From Octopus vulgaris (taxonomy: Eukaryota), in the NCBI GenBank assembly GCA_951406725.2, contig OX597820.1, positions 5,146,001 to 5,210,000 on the forward strand: a stretch of 64,000 nucleotides of DNA. The letters are read 5' to 3'. The notes below the pieces were generated by a model. That model was not told the DNA's origin. It saw only the letters and a list, made by a program, of their open reading frames with translations, and did not search any database. Each line of letters starts with the position of its first letter. Within the stretch, counting starts at the first letter, position 1. Of the stretch, positions 14,772-29,948 are shown in pieces. The position numbers and the translations under genes are program-made.

Positions 14772-14962
14772 ATATATGTATATATAATATATATATGTGT
14801 ATATATATATATGTGTGTGTGTGTATATATATATATATAGGAAACTTAGAAAGATTGATATTTATATATATATATATGTATATACATACAGACATATATA
14901 TATATATATATATATATATACATGTGCGTTTATGTGTTTATATACATGTATGTGTGTGTATA

Positions 14963-14998
<36 letters not shown>

Positions 14999-15377
14999 TA
15001 AATAGAAAGGCATAAAGGAATGTATAACACATATATATACACACGCACACATGCATACATACATGTGTGCGTGTATGTGCTTATATGTATACACTATGTT
15101 TAATATTCTCCAGAGTTCCGTGAGTGGGTGCACAAATATTTAGTTACGTAAAAATATGATTTCGACTATTCAAGTAATATCATAAAGAAGTAATTTACAG
15201 CTGAACGTGTGTGTGTGTGTGTGTACCGAACTAATGTAAAGAGTGTACATACACACGTTCATAAATATACACGCATACACTCACATATATACATGCACTT
15301 ATATCTATATAGACTCATACACATGCACACACCCATAAATATTTGTTAATATTTGTGTGCACGCAAATATCTCTTTC

Positions 15378-15413
<36 letters not shown>

Positions 15414-15422
15414 CACACACAG

Positions 15423-15475
<53 letters not shown>

Positions 15476-15605
15476 TAGGGAGTGAGAGTCACATAAAAAG
15501 GAGAGGGAGAAGAAATCATAAATATATATATATAAATACATACACACACATATACACGCTCACAGACACACGTATATATATATATGTATGTATATATATT
15601 TGTAG

Positions 15606-15870
15606 GACAGGGATCAAAAGTCATGCACTGTCGTAGAGGTCAACTGCCCAGCGGATGTGACTGTACAATCAAAATTTCAGGGAAAAGGGAACATTTATGG
15701 CGAATTAATGCGGAACTTACAGCTCTTGTACCCTGACTCTCAATTCTCATGTGTACCTATCATCATAGGTGCATTAGGCTATGTACCAAGAAATTTGCAC
15801 AAAAACCTAGAAATACTCGGTTTGACGGAGAAAGAGTCAAAGTAACTAATGGAGGTTCTCCAAATCATAT
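15606..15870 (+). pseudogene. RLE-type non-LTR retrotransposon, restriction-like endonuclease C-terminal fragment
   Basis: VVEVNCPAD...YGELMRNLQLLYPD...VPIIIGALGYV; homologous piece at 32060-32490. Confidence 0.75.
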
Positions 15871-16043
15871 CTATTAGGAACATTCCAAATATTCTCCATC
15901 TGGGATTCTCATCGACAGTCCAACCAGCGCACCAACTCAACCACATATTTGCAAACACTGGAAACCCTCTTAACGGAACAAGCCTTGTCGCTTTATTAAC
16001 GACCGGGTTGAACTTTCCCAAGAAGAACTTGAATAAACTCTAA

Positions 16044-17313
<1,270 letters not shown>

Positions 17314-17340
17314 TAATACCTGTACATCATCTCCAAACCT

Positions 17341-17389
<49 letters not shown>

Positions 17390-17886
17390 AAATGGGACAA
17401 GAACGCAAAACATCCAGATAGACGATACAAAAAACACGCCCGGGTCATATATATTATAGTGGTATAATGGTATAAGAGCATAAACAAGCCGTCAACACGT
17501 ACCAAAATCAAAGTACAACATATTTCTTATATGCGATATTGCAGAGAAATACAAATATACATAAAGCAATATGTATATATATGTCTAGCTAACTATATCT
17601 ACACACACACGCACACACACACCACATACACACATATACACAATTTATGTATGTATGTATCTATATATATATATATATATATATGATATATTGCCGTACA
17701 CTTTCGCTCGAATTCGTACAAAGGGGTCTAATGCTCTTTGCTTAGACTTTTTGGTGGGGGCAACCAGATCGAGCCATTTCAAGAGTAACTGTCCGAAATG
17801 GTCGTGACTTCTGGTACTTCTCTTGTCCGCCTTTGGTCGTCACTCTGTCCAAACGTTTTAATGCCCTCTCTTGTGTTTTGTTTTTG

Positions 17887-17925
<39 letters not shown>

Positions 17926-17926
<1 letters not shown>

Positions 17927-18181
17927 TGTTGTGTCTGGGGAGAGTCATTCTCTTTTAGTGCCTTATAATTTAACACACTCACCTGTAAAATTTCCACTTA
18001 TTTCTTATTTTATTTTCTAAAATTTTCGTTGCAACCTTTTCAAGAGTCAAGACTCTTGAAAAGGTTGCAAGATGCAACGAAAATTTTAGAAAATAAAAAT
18101 AAGAAATAAGTGGAAATTTTACCGGTGAGTGTGTTGAATAATAAGGCATTAAAAGAGAATGACTCTCCCCAGATACAACAG
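17926..18181. repeat. Near-perfect ~125-bp-arm palindrome (Penelope-like fold-back)
   Basis: ctgttgtgtctggggagagtc...caagagtc|aa|gactcttg...gactctccccagatacaacag. Confidence 0.85.
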
Positions 18182-18299
18182 AATATGCTTCAACACACGA
18201 ACTCATATAAAGAATCTTGCAAACCAAATCCCAAAACGATATATATATATATCGTTTTGGGATTTGGTTTGAAAAATAAAATATACACCCATTACTAGC

Positions 18300-18999
18300 C
18301 CAACAGTAAGGCAAAGGAATAATAGAAATAGGAAGGTCATCTGGTTTACGCCCCCTTACTCACCCGAGGTGGCCTTCAATATAGGTAAATATTTCCTAGC
18401 ACTGATAGATAGACATTTTCCAGTTAACCATACTTATAGGAAACTCTTCAATAGACACAATTTAAAAATTAGTTTTAGTTCCACTACAAATTTTAAAAAC
18501 ATAATCAAACATAACATACAAAAAAACACAAGAAAACTGATGTTCGTGCAGGAATAAAGAATTGTGCCCGCTAAATGGAGCTTGCATGTCCAAGACCATC
18601 ATATATGAAGCTACCGTAAACTCTATAACCACTAAAGACACCGTTCCGACGAAGAAATACGTGGGCCTTACAGAGGGTAACTTCAAGGCCAGGTTCAATA
18701 ACCACACTTTGAGCTTTAGGGACTGGAACAAAAGAAAAGCGACACAATTATCTAATCATATTTGGTCTTTAAGAGATAAAGGTGTCGATTATAACATACA
18801 TTGGAAGATTTTGGCCAGATGTAAGCCCTATACCAACGGCAGCGGAAGGTGCGGTCTATGCGACATGGAGAGATGGCTTATCTGGAAAAGCAGCTTAGAC
18901 CCTACTACATGTCTAAACACAAGGACAGAACTTTTCGGATCATGCCCTCATGTGACTAAATTTCTGTTACGTTTTTGGTCCCCTAAAGAAAACAGATAG
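18300..18999 (+). pseudogene. Penelope-like element (Naiad-type) C-terminus: thumb/linker plus GIY-YIG endonuclease, frameshifted
   Basis: RKVIWFTPPY...LFNRHNLKISFS; CxCx5Cx5C linker (CSCRNKELCPLNGAC); IIYEA...YVGLT (GIY-YIG); R-FNNH; CGLC..E; LNTRTEL...CPH; frameshift/stop near 18538. Confidence 0.9.
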
Positions 19000-19192
19000 A
19001 ACATGCTTTCTATGTTATGTCCCAAGAAGATTTTATATATTTTTATATATTTTTTATATATTTTTTATGTATTTTTATATAATTTTTATGGCGAAAAATG
19101 CGAGCGATGTATAAGTACGCAGGCAAGCAGAGTTATAACACACTCATTTCCCTTTGTATAACGGTATTTTTTCATAGCGTTTTCAAATAGCC

Positions 19193-19255
19193 AGATAACC
19201 GAAGAGATGGTGTTGTGGATTCCCACTTCGGCATCTGAAACTCAGAGTTTTATCT
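19193..19255 (+). ncRNA. Minimal type-I hammerhead ribozyme in PLE 3' region (U4C core variant)
   Basis: AGATAA-CCGAAGA-GATG[...]CATC-T-GAAA-CTC-A-GAG-TT-TTATCT; stem I 6 bp, stem III ACTC/GAGT. Confidence 0.7.
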
Positions 19256-19354
19256 TGACTATCGAGTAATGTAACATATAATTGTATAGATAAATTTCCA
19301 CTATTTACATAATATTGAGGTCTCTTTCTTTCTTTTGTTATCTTACCGTTTTAT

Positions 19355-19396
<42 letters not shown>

Positions 19397-19931
19397 GTAT
19401 AGCAGGAGGTCAGTAAGAGTTCGTAATGTGAAAAGTGTGTAACAGGTCAGATAGCGATAGATACAATCCAGGATGATGTCGAAAGGAAGTCCATAATAAT
19501 AATCATAAGACATTAGATGAATGTTGTCGCCGATAAAAACTTCGGAATTGATGGAAAAGCGCGTGCAAGTTGTGGTTTACAGCTGTTTCTAGAATTGCTG
19601 TATGATTGGTGAACATCTGTGTATATATTGTTTGCAATGCTGAAAGTTATTTGCAATCTAACCCATATACAAAATATCAATAATATTCTGCTGATCATCG
19701 ATGAGGTTAAAACAACAGCTATATAAATTTTATGCGTTTCAATCGTAGGGTTGTGGCCATGGAGGGGACACGTCTTGAAGGCTTTAATCGAACAATACGA
19801 CACCCGGACTTATTTACAAATCTGATGTTTACTCTATCGATCTTTTTGTCAAACAGCTCAGTTTGAATGTAAACAAGTCAGCACTTGTTTGTCTAGCGGT
19901 AGGGGATAAATACAATGACTCTCACATATGT

Positions 19932-19987
<56 letters not shown>

Positions 19988-20310
19988 CACTCACACACAA
20001 CACACAACACATGCATGCACACACAACACACACACACTCATATATATGCATATAGTACTGGATTCCACAAAGTCTTTCTTACGAATTCACTCACAAGGCA
20101 GCCCCGAGTTACAATACAAGGAATAGGGCGGAGAACACGTGCTCGCAAAGCGAGAGTTTTAACTACACACACACACACACACACACATACATACACACGC
20201 ATATATATCACATATGTGTGCGCGCGTCTTATTTGAGACATATATATATATATATATATATATGTATATGATATATATATATATGTGAATATGCATATAT
20301 GCATACTTAC

Positions 20311-20381
<71 letters not shown>

Positions 20382-20551
20382 TACACACATATATATACAC
20401 GTGTATTCATATATACATCTATCTACATGCATACATATATATCACAAATAAACAAGCGCACACATATATTCCAGTGTGTGTGTATATATGTATATTAATA
20501 AACACATAGAAAGGAAAGGAAAAGTAAATAAAAGACAGATATATACTCAGA

Positions 20552-20591
<40 letters not shown>

Positions 20592-21067
20592 TGTGTGAGT
20601 GCAGATATGTGATGGATATTTTGTGCGTAATTTGCGCTATTTTCAAGAAATGTGTTTTAGTAGAATTTGTTGTTGTTGTTTTTTTTTTCTCTTTTTTTTT
20701 TAAAGTTAACTTTTAATATGTCACGCTCCAACAGCGCTGTTTGCAGACGAGTTGAGTTTTATTGTAATGAAAACAGTGAAGAGACAAGCAAAAGTTAAAG
20801 CAATCAGTGAATAGAAATATGAAAATAAGGGGGGGGGGAACGAAAGATAGAGAGAAAGAAGGAAAAGAAACAAAGAAAGAAAGGAAGGAAGGAAAAAGAA
20901 AAAAGAAAAAAACAAAAAGAAAAAGTGACGAACAAAGTAAAATGTTTTCACGTTTAACAAAACAGATCCAAATTGTCATTTATTCATGGCTTCTTTCAAA
21001 AGACTTTTTAAAATTTCATTCTTAGAAATAGTCACTTGCACTCTGGGGTGTGTATGTATATGTGTGA

Positions 21068-21227
<160 letters not shown>

Positions 21228-21228
21228 T

Positions 21229-21387
<159 letters not shown>

Positions 21388-21511
21388 CACATATATATAT
21401 ATACATATATATATGTAGCAAACCGTGTAGCAAACCAAATGGCGGTGCCCCAGCATGGCCACAGCTCATTAGCTGAAACTGGAAAAATCAAAAAAAAAAT
21501 CAAAAAAATCA

Positions 21512-21554
<43 letters not shown>

Positions 21555-21639
21555 GTATACGTATACATATGTGTGCGTGTATGTTCTCTTGAAGTTTATC
21601 TTTTACTTATTTCCTTCTCATTAAACTCTATTTATATGT

Positions 21640-21969
21640 AGGCGCAGGAGTGGCTGTGTGGTAAGTAGCTTGCTTATCAACCACATGATTCCGGGTTCAG
21701 ACTCACTGCGTTGGCAACTTGGGCAAGTGTCTTCTAGTGCATTTGGTAGACGGAAACTGAAAGAAGCCCGCGATATATATAGATTTATATGTGCATGTAT
21801 GTATGTATGTATGTGTGTATATGTTTGTGTGTCTGTGTTTGTCCCCTCGCCATTTCTTCACAACCGATGTTGGTGTGTTTACGCCCCCGTAACTTAGCGG
21901 TTCGGTAAAAGAGAACCGATAAAATAAGTAAAATATGTCCTCGGGTCGATTTGACTGAAACAAATAAAA

Positions 21970-21970
<1 letters not shown>
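21640..21970 (+). mobile_element. CORE-like tRNA-derived SINE
   Basis: aggcgcaggagtggctgtgtggtaag head, ggttcag B-box-like, cttgggcaagtg core, ggtagacggaaactgaaagaagccc, internal microsatellite, 3' module. Confidence 0.8.
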
Positions 21971-22018
<48 letters not shown>

Positions 22019-22493
22019 CATATACTTATTTATTTATGTGTACAGACACTCCCTCACTCACACACACACACACACACACACACAATGTTTTTCTTTGTAT
22101 ATGCTGTTGCGCTCTGGTGTGTTGTGGGTCGTGTATGCTAATTGTGTTAACATCATATAAGCTAAAACACGAACGTGTAGAGTTAAGCTAGAAAGATATT
22201 GAGGTAACATTTGGTTGGCAATGAATAGTGAATGGAGACTTTCTCTTTAATTACTCACGCACTGGAAAATACTATCTTAAGAAACAAAACAAGTGATAAC
22301 AGGTTGGATCGAGTTTATAGACAGACCAATATGGAGTCGCTTCGTCTTTCGTAACACATCAATGACTGCCAGTTAATAAAGTCTCGGCTGGCTTTCTGGC
22401 TGGGACGACTGACATAGTGGCTTTTTCATATACACTCCCACATATATTACACACACACACACACATTCCCAAAACTAAATGCACATGTATGTA

Positions 22494-22530
<37 letters not shown>

Positions 22531-22704
22531 TTGTATATAATATATATGTATACATATATATTCATATATACATGTATATATGTATATGTATATCTATATA
22601 TAGATATATATGCCTAAGTATATTACTCTATCTTACTATTTAATGTACGTTTGAATGTATATATATTTGTATATATGTGTATGTATATACATATGTGTAT
22701 ATAC

Positions 22705-22777
<73 letters not shown>

Positions 22778-23276
22778 TCGTATATGAAGAGCAATATATA
22801 CATACACACATACATACAAATATTGACACATGCAAACATACATACATACATACATACATACATACATACATACATACATACATACATACACACATACATA
22901 CATAGGTGTAAATATGTATATATGCACACGTAATGGTTGTGTCTGTTGCGAGGTAATTCCATTCGGTTCCAGTCGATTAACAAAGTGATTAGAGACGATG
23001 CTGACACTTCATCAGTCGATTACATTGAAACGAATTCGATATGTTGGATAACGTTATTAACTCCGCCACCATATCTCGCCTATGTTTATTTAATGGACTG
23101 AAATATCTTAGAAGTAGTTCCGAAGGAATTCACTCATGAAAATATCTCTGGCTCTGTTGTGATTGATGACTTGGCGATGTTAGCAGCCTCTGAAGATAAT
23201 TTATCTAATAATTGTAACGCACCAGTAATTAACAAGGGTCATAGTCTGTGCTCTTCTTTAATGATATTAGAAAAAG

Positions 23277-23488
23277 GTGGAGAGCTGGCAGAATCTTTGG
23301 TGCGTCGAACAAATTGCTTAGCTCTATTTCTCCCGGCTCTTTATGCTCTGAGTTCAAATACCGCTGCGGTCGACTTTGCCTTTCATTGCTTCGGGGTCGA
23401 TAAAATAAGTACCAGTGAAACACTGAGGTCGATCTAATCGACTGGCCCCTTCTCACAAATTTCAGGTCTTGTGCTTATTGAAAAAAGG

Positions 23489-23490
<2 letters not shown>
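23277..23490 (+). mobile_element. Meta/MESC-type SINE
   Basis: gagctggcagaatc head; gtcgactttgcctttcat...ggggtcgataaaataagtaccag core. Confidence 0.8.
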
Positions 23491-23557
<67 letters not shown>

Positions 23558-23567
23558 GTTATTATTA

Positions 23568-23735
23568 TTGCCCTTGCACAGCTTCTAACGCTGGAGATGT
23601 ACTACGGTGCCGGCTGTTCACTACCAGTGAACTAAGGTAAGTATCCCTTATTTTTCGAGCACCATCCGGAGTATTCGAGCTGTTCCAAGCAGTGCTGTTT
23701 TCTGCAGGGGCTCCGCCCTTATTTTAGCCCTTATT
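23568..23735 (-). mobile_element. 3' end of Dong/R4-like LINE (same family as 44945-48055)
   Basis: Reverse complement matches 47920-48055 (QKTALLGTARI plus 3' UTR), abutting (TTA)n. Confidence 0.85.
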
Positions 23736-23753
23736 TCTTATATTTATTATTAC

Positions 23754-24290
23754 TGAGTGAGAGAGATCAGTGCATGACATCAATGTGACCCTGGGGTAAA
23801 ATATAGGAAGCCCAGTATACCCATCATGACTACGCGTCTGATAAGGGTACACCAGGCACATGCATCACAACCATATGTGTGCGACATGGCGATCTCATAT
23901 CAAGATAAGCCGCACATGACCTTGCAGGTGGGGCCCAGTTAGAAATTTTTTTCTGGTCGAGTAATCAATCCCGCTCAAAAGGTCCCTGAATAAGGGTTGT
24001 TTAAGTATGTTGAACGAAACACCCATGTTTCCAGGGGTGAATTATTCAAACCTCAAAGAATTCCTCTCAACACATGGCTATGATGCTCCCCCACTTCTTC
24101 TGCTCGTGATCAGAGATGCACATATCGTCAGCCACTAAGGGACATGCTCAACTGGTTGAGGTCAAACAACTGACAAGAAAATCTGTGGTATTGAGCAGAA
24201 TATTTGTTGTAGCCCATCTTTTATACCAAGACAAAACAATGTACATGATAACACTTCCAATCAGTTAAGATCAGAAGCCACGAGAGCCAC
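23754..24290. mobile_element. Dispersed (TTA)n-associated repeat (copy 2)
   Basis: Near-identical to 4132-4608. Confidence 0.85.
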
Positions 24291-24304
24291 TATTATTATT
24301 ATTA

Positions 24305-25053
24305 CGAGCAAAACGCCTCCCGTCCAATAGACGGTGTTGAGTTGCCAAACATTTAAACCAAATTTTCTCAAAACAACTTGTCTGACCGTCCCATAGGCCT
24401 CTCGTTTGTGAAACACTGATTTAGCCTAAATTTGAGACACCAGCAAAAGAAGAAATAAAGATAGACTTTTTTCTCTTCCAAAGAAAAACGATTTTATTCA
24501 CACAAATATGATAAGTAATGATAAGGCTGTTGACTGGGAGAACACAAACATGGTAAATCATTTATTAGTAAGAAAATAGTATTTTCTTCCTTGAATAAAA
24601 AGCAATCAGTGTTTTCTTTTCATTAAAAAATAATTAAGCATGCCTTTATTTCAATAAAACTTTTGGTTTTGTTAAACGAAGTTAAGGCAAAAAGAAACTT
24701 CTTGAGAAACCAATTAGTCTTTCCTTCCTTCATGCCAAGTTTGAAGAAAATATCTCTTTTGCTTCTTACACTTTTGGCCTCCTAAATATACTGCATTTTG
24801 TGGCATTATTTCAGCCGGCTTTTTTGCGCAAGCTGCACGTGCATTTCTCTCGCGTACGCGTGGTATCGATCGCTACAGCTGATGTACTTGCGCGTACAAA
24901 TGCACGTTCCCACGGCTTTATCGATCACATTCACACTTATACATGCCCCGATACCGTCGGTATCTATATAACAAATTTGAGCGCAATCGGATGGAGGATG
25001 CCCGAGATCCTAGAAGACACACACACACAGACAGAACGGATTTTATATAATAG

Positions 25054-25054
<1 letters not shown>
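24305..25054 (-). mobile_element. Non-autonomous Helitron-like element
   Basis: Minus strand starts A|TCTATTATATAAAATCCGTTCTGTCTGTGTG; ends with hairpin CCGTC-tattg-GACGG then ...CTCG|T (CTAG variant). Confidence 0.6.
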
Positions 25055-25130
<76 letters not shown>

Positions 25131-25132
25131 CC

Positions 25133-25580
25133 AGGCGGTAAGCTGGCAGAATCGTTAGCACGCCGAGCGAAATGCCTTGCTTAGCGGCGTTTCGTTCGTC
25201 TTTACGCTCTGAGGTGAAATTCCGCCGAGGTTGACTTTGCCTTTCATCCTTTCGGAGTTGACAAAATATGCACCATTGAAGCAAAGTGGTCGATGTAACC
25301 GACCAGATCTTTCTCCACAAAACTGCTAACCTTATACACCCGTATTAGAAAGATTATTGACATTGGAAAAGTCAGCGATCTGGCAGAATTCTTAGCACTC
25401 CAGACGAAATAATTAACAGCATTTCATCCGTCTTTATGTTCACAGTTCAAATTCCACCGCTGCCGATTTCGCCTTCCATTCTTTCAGGGTCGATAAAAGA
25501 AATACCAATAGTGCACCGGGGTCGATGTTATCGACTTAAATTTCTAAAATTGCTGTCCTTGTGCCAAAATTTGAAACCAG
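25133..25580 (+). mobile_element. Two adjacent Meta/MESC-type SINE copies
   Basis: Two head-plus-core matches at ~25133-25360 and ~25370-25580. Confidence 0.75.
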
Positions 25581-26348
25581 GGACTCAATGAATATGGAAT
25601 AGAACAACTTATTAAGTGCTGTTACGCTTAGTGGAGCGAAGAATACAGTTTTAATCAAGATGTGAGGAAGGAGTTGAGCCGATTAAGCGTGGCTGTTTGG
25701 ACAGTGGTGATTTGGAACGGCTGACCGGACGGTTGATCTATTTAGGTGATAGTAGTTTTTAGCACTAGAGGCGAACTCAGGTACACGTCGTACCTAATAA
25801 ACAGAAAGAGACAGATAGATTGCGATTTGTTAATTGAACACGATTGGCATATACACTTTCCCTCTCCTCATACAAATAAAGAGAAATATACTCACAGAGA
25901 GGGGGAGGGAGAGAGAGAGAGAGAAAAGATAGTGAGAATGGTTAGGGAGAGAACGAAAGAAACATTAAAACTGTCTGATGTCAAATAAGTCAGCGCCGAA
26001 ATAATGGCGCCGAACAGACGGCGCCAGAATGGCTACGCCAGCACACCTCATCCGCCAGCGAGAAGAAGAAAAATCAAGATAATTACTCAGAAATTTTAAT
26101 GAAAATATAAATAATGCATGCAATATAGAACGCCTTTCGGGCATTCGGATCGATTGAATGTATTCTGTGTCCAGCACAGAAGCAACTCTAGACGTATTCC
26201 AATCTTATTAGACCTCCTTAGCGAAGTCCAGCTGTTTCCAGCAGTTGACCAGTTTAAGTAATAATGGATCAGAGATGTACAAGAAGTGATGCGACAAATA
26301 TAATTTCTGTGAATTGTGCTGTAATTGATTAACAGTATTTCATCATTT

Positions 26349-26582
26349 AGGCGAAGAGCTGGCAGAATCGTTAGCACGCCGGGCGAAATGCTTACCGATA
26401 TTTCGTCTGTCGCTACGTTCTGAGTTCAAATTCCGCCGAGGTCGACTTTGCCTTTTATCCTTTCGGGGTCGATTAAATAAGTACCAGTTACGCACTGGGG
26501 TCAATGTAATCGACTTAATCCGTTTGTCTGTCCTTGTTTGTCTCTTCTGTGTTTAGCCCCTTGTGGGTAGTAAAGAAATAGG
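26349..26582 (+). mobile_element. Meta/MESC-type SINE, full length
   Basis: Complete head/core/tail; flanked by gtatttcatc(a/g)tttag direct repeats. Confidence 0.9.
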
Positions 26583-27435
26583 TATTTCATCGTTTAGTCA
26601 TGTCTGTCTCTGACAGAACCAATCCCGGACTGGGATCAACTGAATGACGAGTGTCCTTGGTCATTTACAGGAATCGACAATGTGCTGATTCGTTTCGTCT
26701 TCAGAGGTAAATATCTAATGATATTGCAACAATTTGGTTAAGGTTTTTGTATTTCGAAAGCAGTTACAGAAAGATGCTTAATTTTATGAAAACCGTCATA
26801 AGTTTAAGAGAAAGCCAAATTGCACTGTCTGTCTGTCTGTCTGTTTGTTTTTCTCTCTCTCTCATTCTATTTTCCTTTCTGTCTTTCCCCTCTGTATTGC
26901 CCCCTCTCTCTCATCATCTCACCCTCTTTATTTTCCTCTCTAACTCCCTCTCTCATTATCTCTCCCTTCTCTTTCACCTTCTCCCTCTCCCCCTCTCTGT
27001 CTGTCTCTCACTTTGTCACTTTCCTCCCCACCTCTCTCTCTCTCTCTCAGTATAACGCATATTGACGACTCAGTGTGGGAGTTTCTGCTTTGTCATTTGA
27101 ACTGCTAGAAACAACAGTCAAATATCCCTCCACTTAAATTTTACTTTCTTAAAGTGGTAGAGATATTACAGTCTTCGATACATGTTTGAAGGATTATAAT
27201 ATCTGAAATCCTCAGGACTATAAATTTGTTCAGTTCCGACTGTCCAAAGAGTGAACTAACAACAATTTCATAAAACACAGAAAATAACTTTGTATATTTC
27301 GAGGGGAGGTAAGCCACAGGTTTCGAGCTCCATCTTCAACTGAAGAAATGAAAGGAACTGTTTGTGAAAGAGGTTGTGAAATAAAGTAACAACATTCGAA
27401 GCTGGCTGCTTCTCATATCTTCGACTAAGGCCTTG

Positions 27436-27711
27436 TTTGTTCCTTCTCGAGTCATGCCTGGCTCATAAGGGCCGGTTTCCCGGTTTCCTTGGCGTATAGG
27501 TTCCCCACCTGGACAGGATGCCGGTCCGTCGCAGGTGAACTGTGAAAGTTGTGGCGAAAGAGTCTGCAGAAGTTCGCCATTACCTTCTGCCAGAGCCGCG
27601 TGGAGCTTAGGTGTTTCGCTCATAAACACACACATCGCCTGGTCTGAGATTCGAACCCACGATCCCTCGACCGCGAGTCCGCTGCTCTAACCACTAGGCC
27701 ATGTGCCTCCA
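27436..27711 (-). mobile_element. tRNA-derived SINE with perfect 14-bp TSD
   Basis: A box TGGCCTAGTGGTTAG, B box GGTTCGAATC; TSD CGACTAAGGCCTTG at 27422-27435 and 27712-27725. Confidence 0.92.
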
Positions 27712-28768
27712 CGACTAAGGCCTTGGAACAACATTTCATGACCAACTTCAGAATTTCCAGAACATGAAATAAAACTCACTTATTTTTACGTGTTTTTATG
27801 GAGCATTGTTCAAAGACAATGCTCCTGTAGCAAAGGGTTCTCCAAATAACAGAGAAAGAATTACCGACAAACTGGAAATACAGTGATTCCAGAAGTCTCT
27901 GGCAGACTCTCCCAGGGCCTTACATCTCATTGGTTTAATTTATCTAATTTGGAATGTCTTTTTGAAAGTAATGTCAACTATTTCTCAATTCTTCCATCAA
28001 AGTAGCATCAAAGAATGCGTGAAAACATTGTGACATAACAAAAGATTTTTGGTCAGGAGAAAATATTCTGGAGAAGTGTGTATTGTTAAGCTTTTCCAAG
28101 AAGATCAGACCATTCTATGGACGTCAAAAATCAATAGACCAATATCTTCAAATACATAAAAGCAAGTGGAACTGGTCTCTGAAGAGATTAACAAAACATT
28201 CCCTGATGAATTCTATAAAGTTGAAGCTGAAAATTATAGAAAGAAGGCGTAGGACAAATTTCATGACATCACTTATTTTTTGCACAGTTTTCATCTCCCA
28301 AACAGCGCAAAGCAGCCGGACGGTGGGTTCGAACAGGGAGCGTAGTGCTTGCGACGCGAGCATCTTCACAACCCACCCATATTTGCTGCAAAGTTGCCGG
28401 ACCACCTAGGAGTAAACCTAAAATATGGACTGAAACAGTTGTTCGTAGCCATAAATAGTCGTGTCGCATCAGCGATTGTAGCGTCTGTAACTGAATTCAA
28501 CATGTCCGTAATGGCAGAGCTTGTGCGGTTGAGACAAAGAGACATTAAAAGAGAGTAAATATTAGTGATATTGTTTCTGCGACTGGCGTACCAATTCCTC
28601 TGATTGTTGCTGTTGTTGTCGTCGCTGGTAATGTTATTGCTGTTGTTGTTGTTGTTGTCAAAACAAATATTATTTACGACAATGTGAAAAATAATTAGTT
28701 CCAATTCTCTTATGCTTCACAAAAGTAAATATAGAAACGCTACATATGTGTGCCTCTCTCTATGAACA

Positions 28769-28830
<62 letters not shown>

Positions 28831-28885
28831 AATGTATATATATGTATATATACATATATATATATATACATATATGTATATATAC

Positions 28886-28934
<49 letters not shown>

Positions 28935-29051
28935 AATATATATATATACACATATATAAATGTATATATATATACATATATAAATGTATATATATATATA
29001 TGTATGTATGTATGTACGTATGAGTGTGTACGTATGTATGTATGTATATAT

Positions 29052-29082
<31 letters not shown>

Positions 29083-29093
29083 CTTGTAAATAC

Positions 29094-29143
<50 letters not shown>

Positions 29144-29261
29144 GGTGGAGAGAGGAAGAAAGACTGCGTGAGAATGTGTCAATTTCCATCTCTTATAGAA
29201 TATCAATTTGTCTGTCTGTCCATTTATCTATCCATATGTTTATCTATCTAACTACAAAAGC

Positions 29262-29302
<41 letters not shown>

Positions 29303-29316
29303 TGTGTATACATACG

Positions 29317-29348
<32 letters not shown>

Positions 29349-29905
29349 TGTAAGTAAATGTACTTGGTATACACATGAATACTGACAACACACGCACAGT
29401 CACACACATACACACACATACACACATATACACACATGGACACATGCATTTTCCTTTATTCATCGTTATATGCTAATTTAGATATGTGTGTGTGTCTGTG
29501 TGTGTGTGTCAGTGTGTGCGCGCACTTTTGTATTGATGTGTACCTATGTCTATGAAACATTCGCACCACCACCACCACCACCACCACCACCAGAACCGCC
29601 GTCGCCGTCGGCGTCGCTGTCACCATCGTTACTAATTTCACCAAATAAATAGAATGTAGGAGACAAAATTGCAAGAATGTCCATAATTTATTTCATTGAT
29701 TCTTCAGTACGAAAAATGGTAAAGAAAAGAGAGAAGGAAGAGAAATTATCGCAGTGGGAAGGCGACTAGACTGTGTAACAGCTGCATGCAGACATACATA
29801 CATATATACATACATATACACATACATACGCATATGCATACATACATGCACACATATACATACACGCACATCTACACATACATACATTATTATGCATATA
29901 TATAC

Positions 29906-29948
<43 letters not shown>

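Noticed and set aside
18538-18540. In-frame TGA before the Cys linker as possible selenocysteine (reported for some Naiads)
   Set aside because: All four linker Cys codons are intact, the TGA adjoins a frameshift, and no SECIS was recognised downstream
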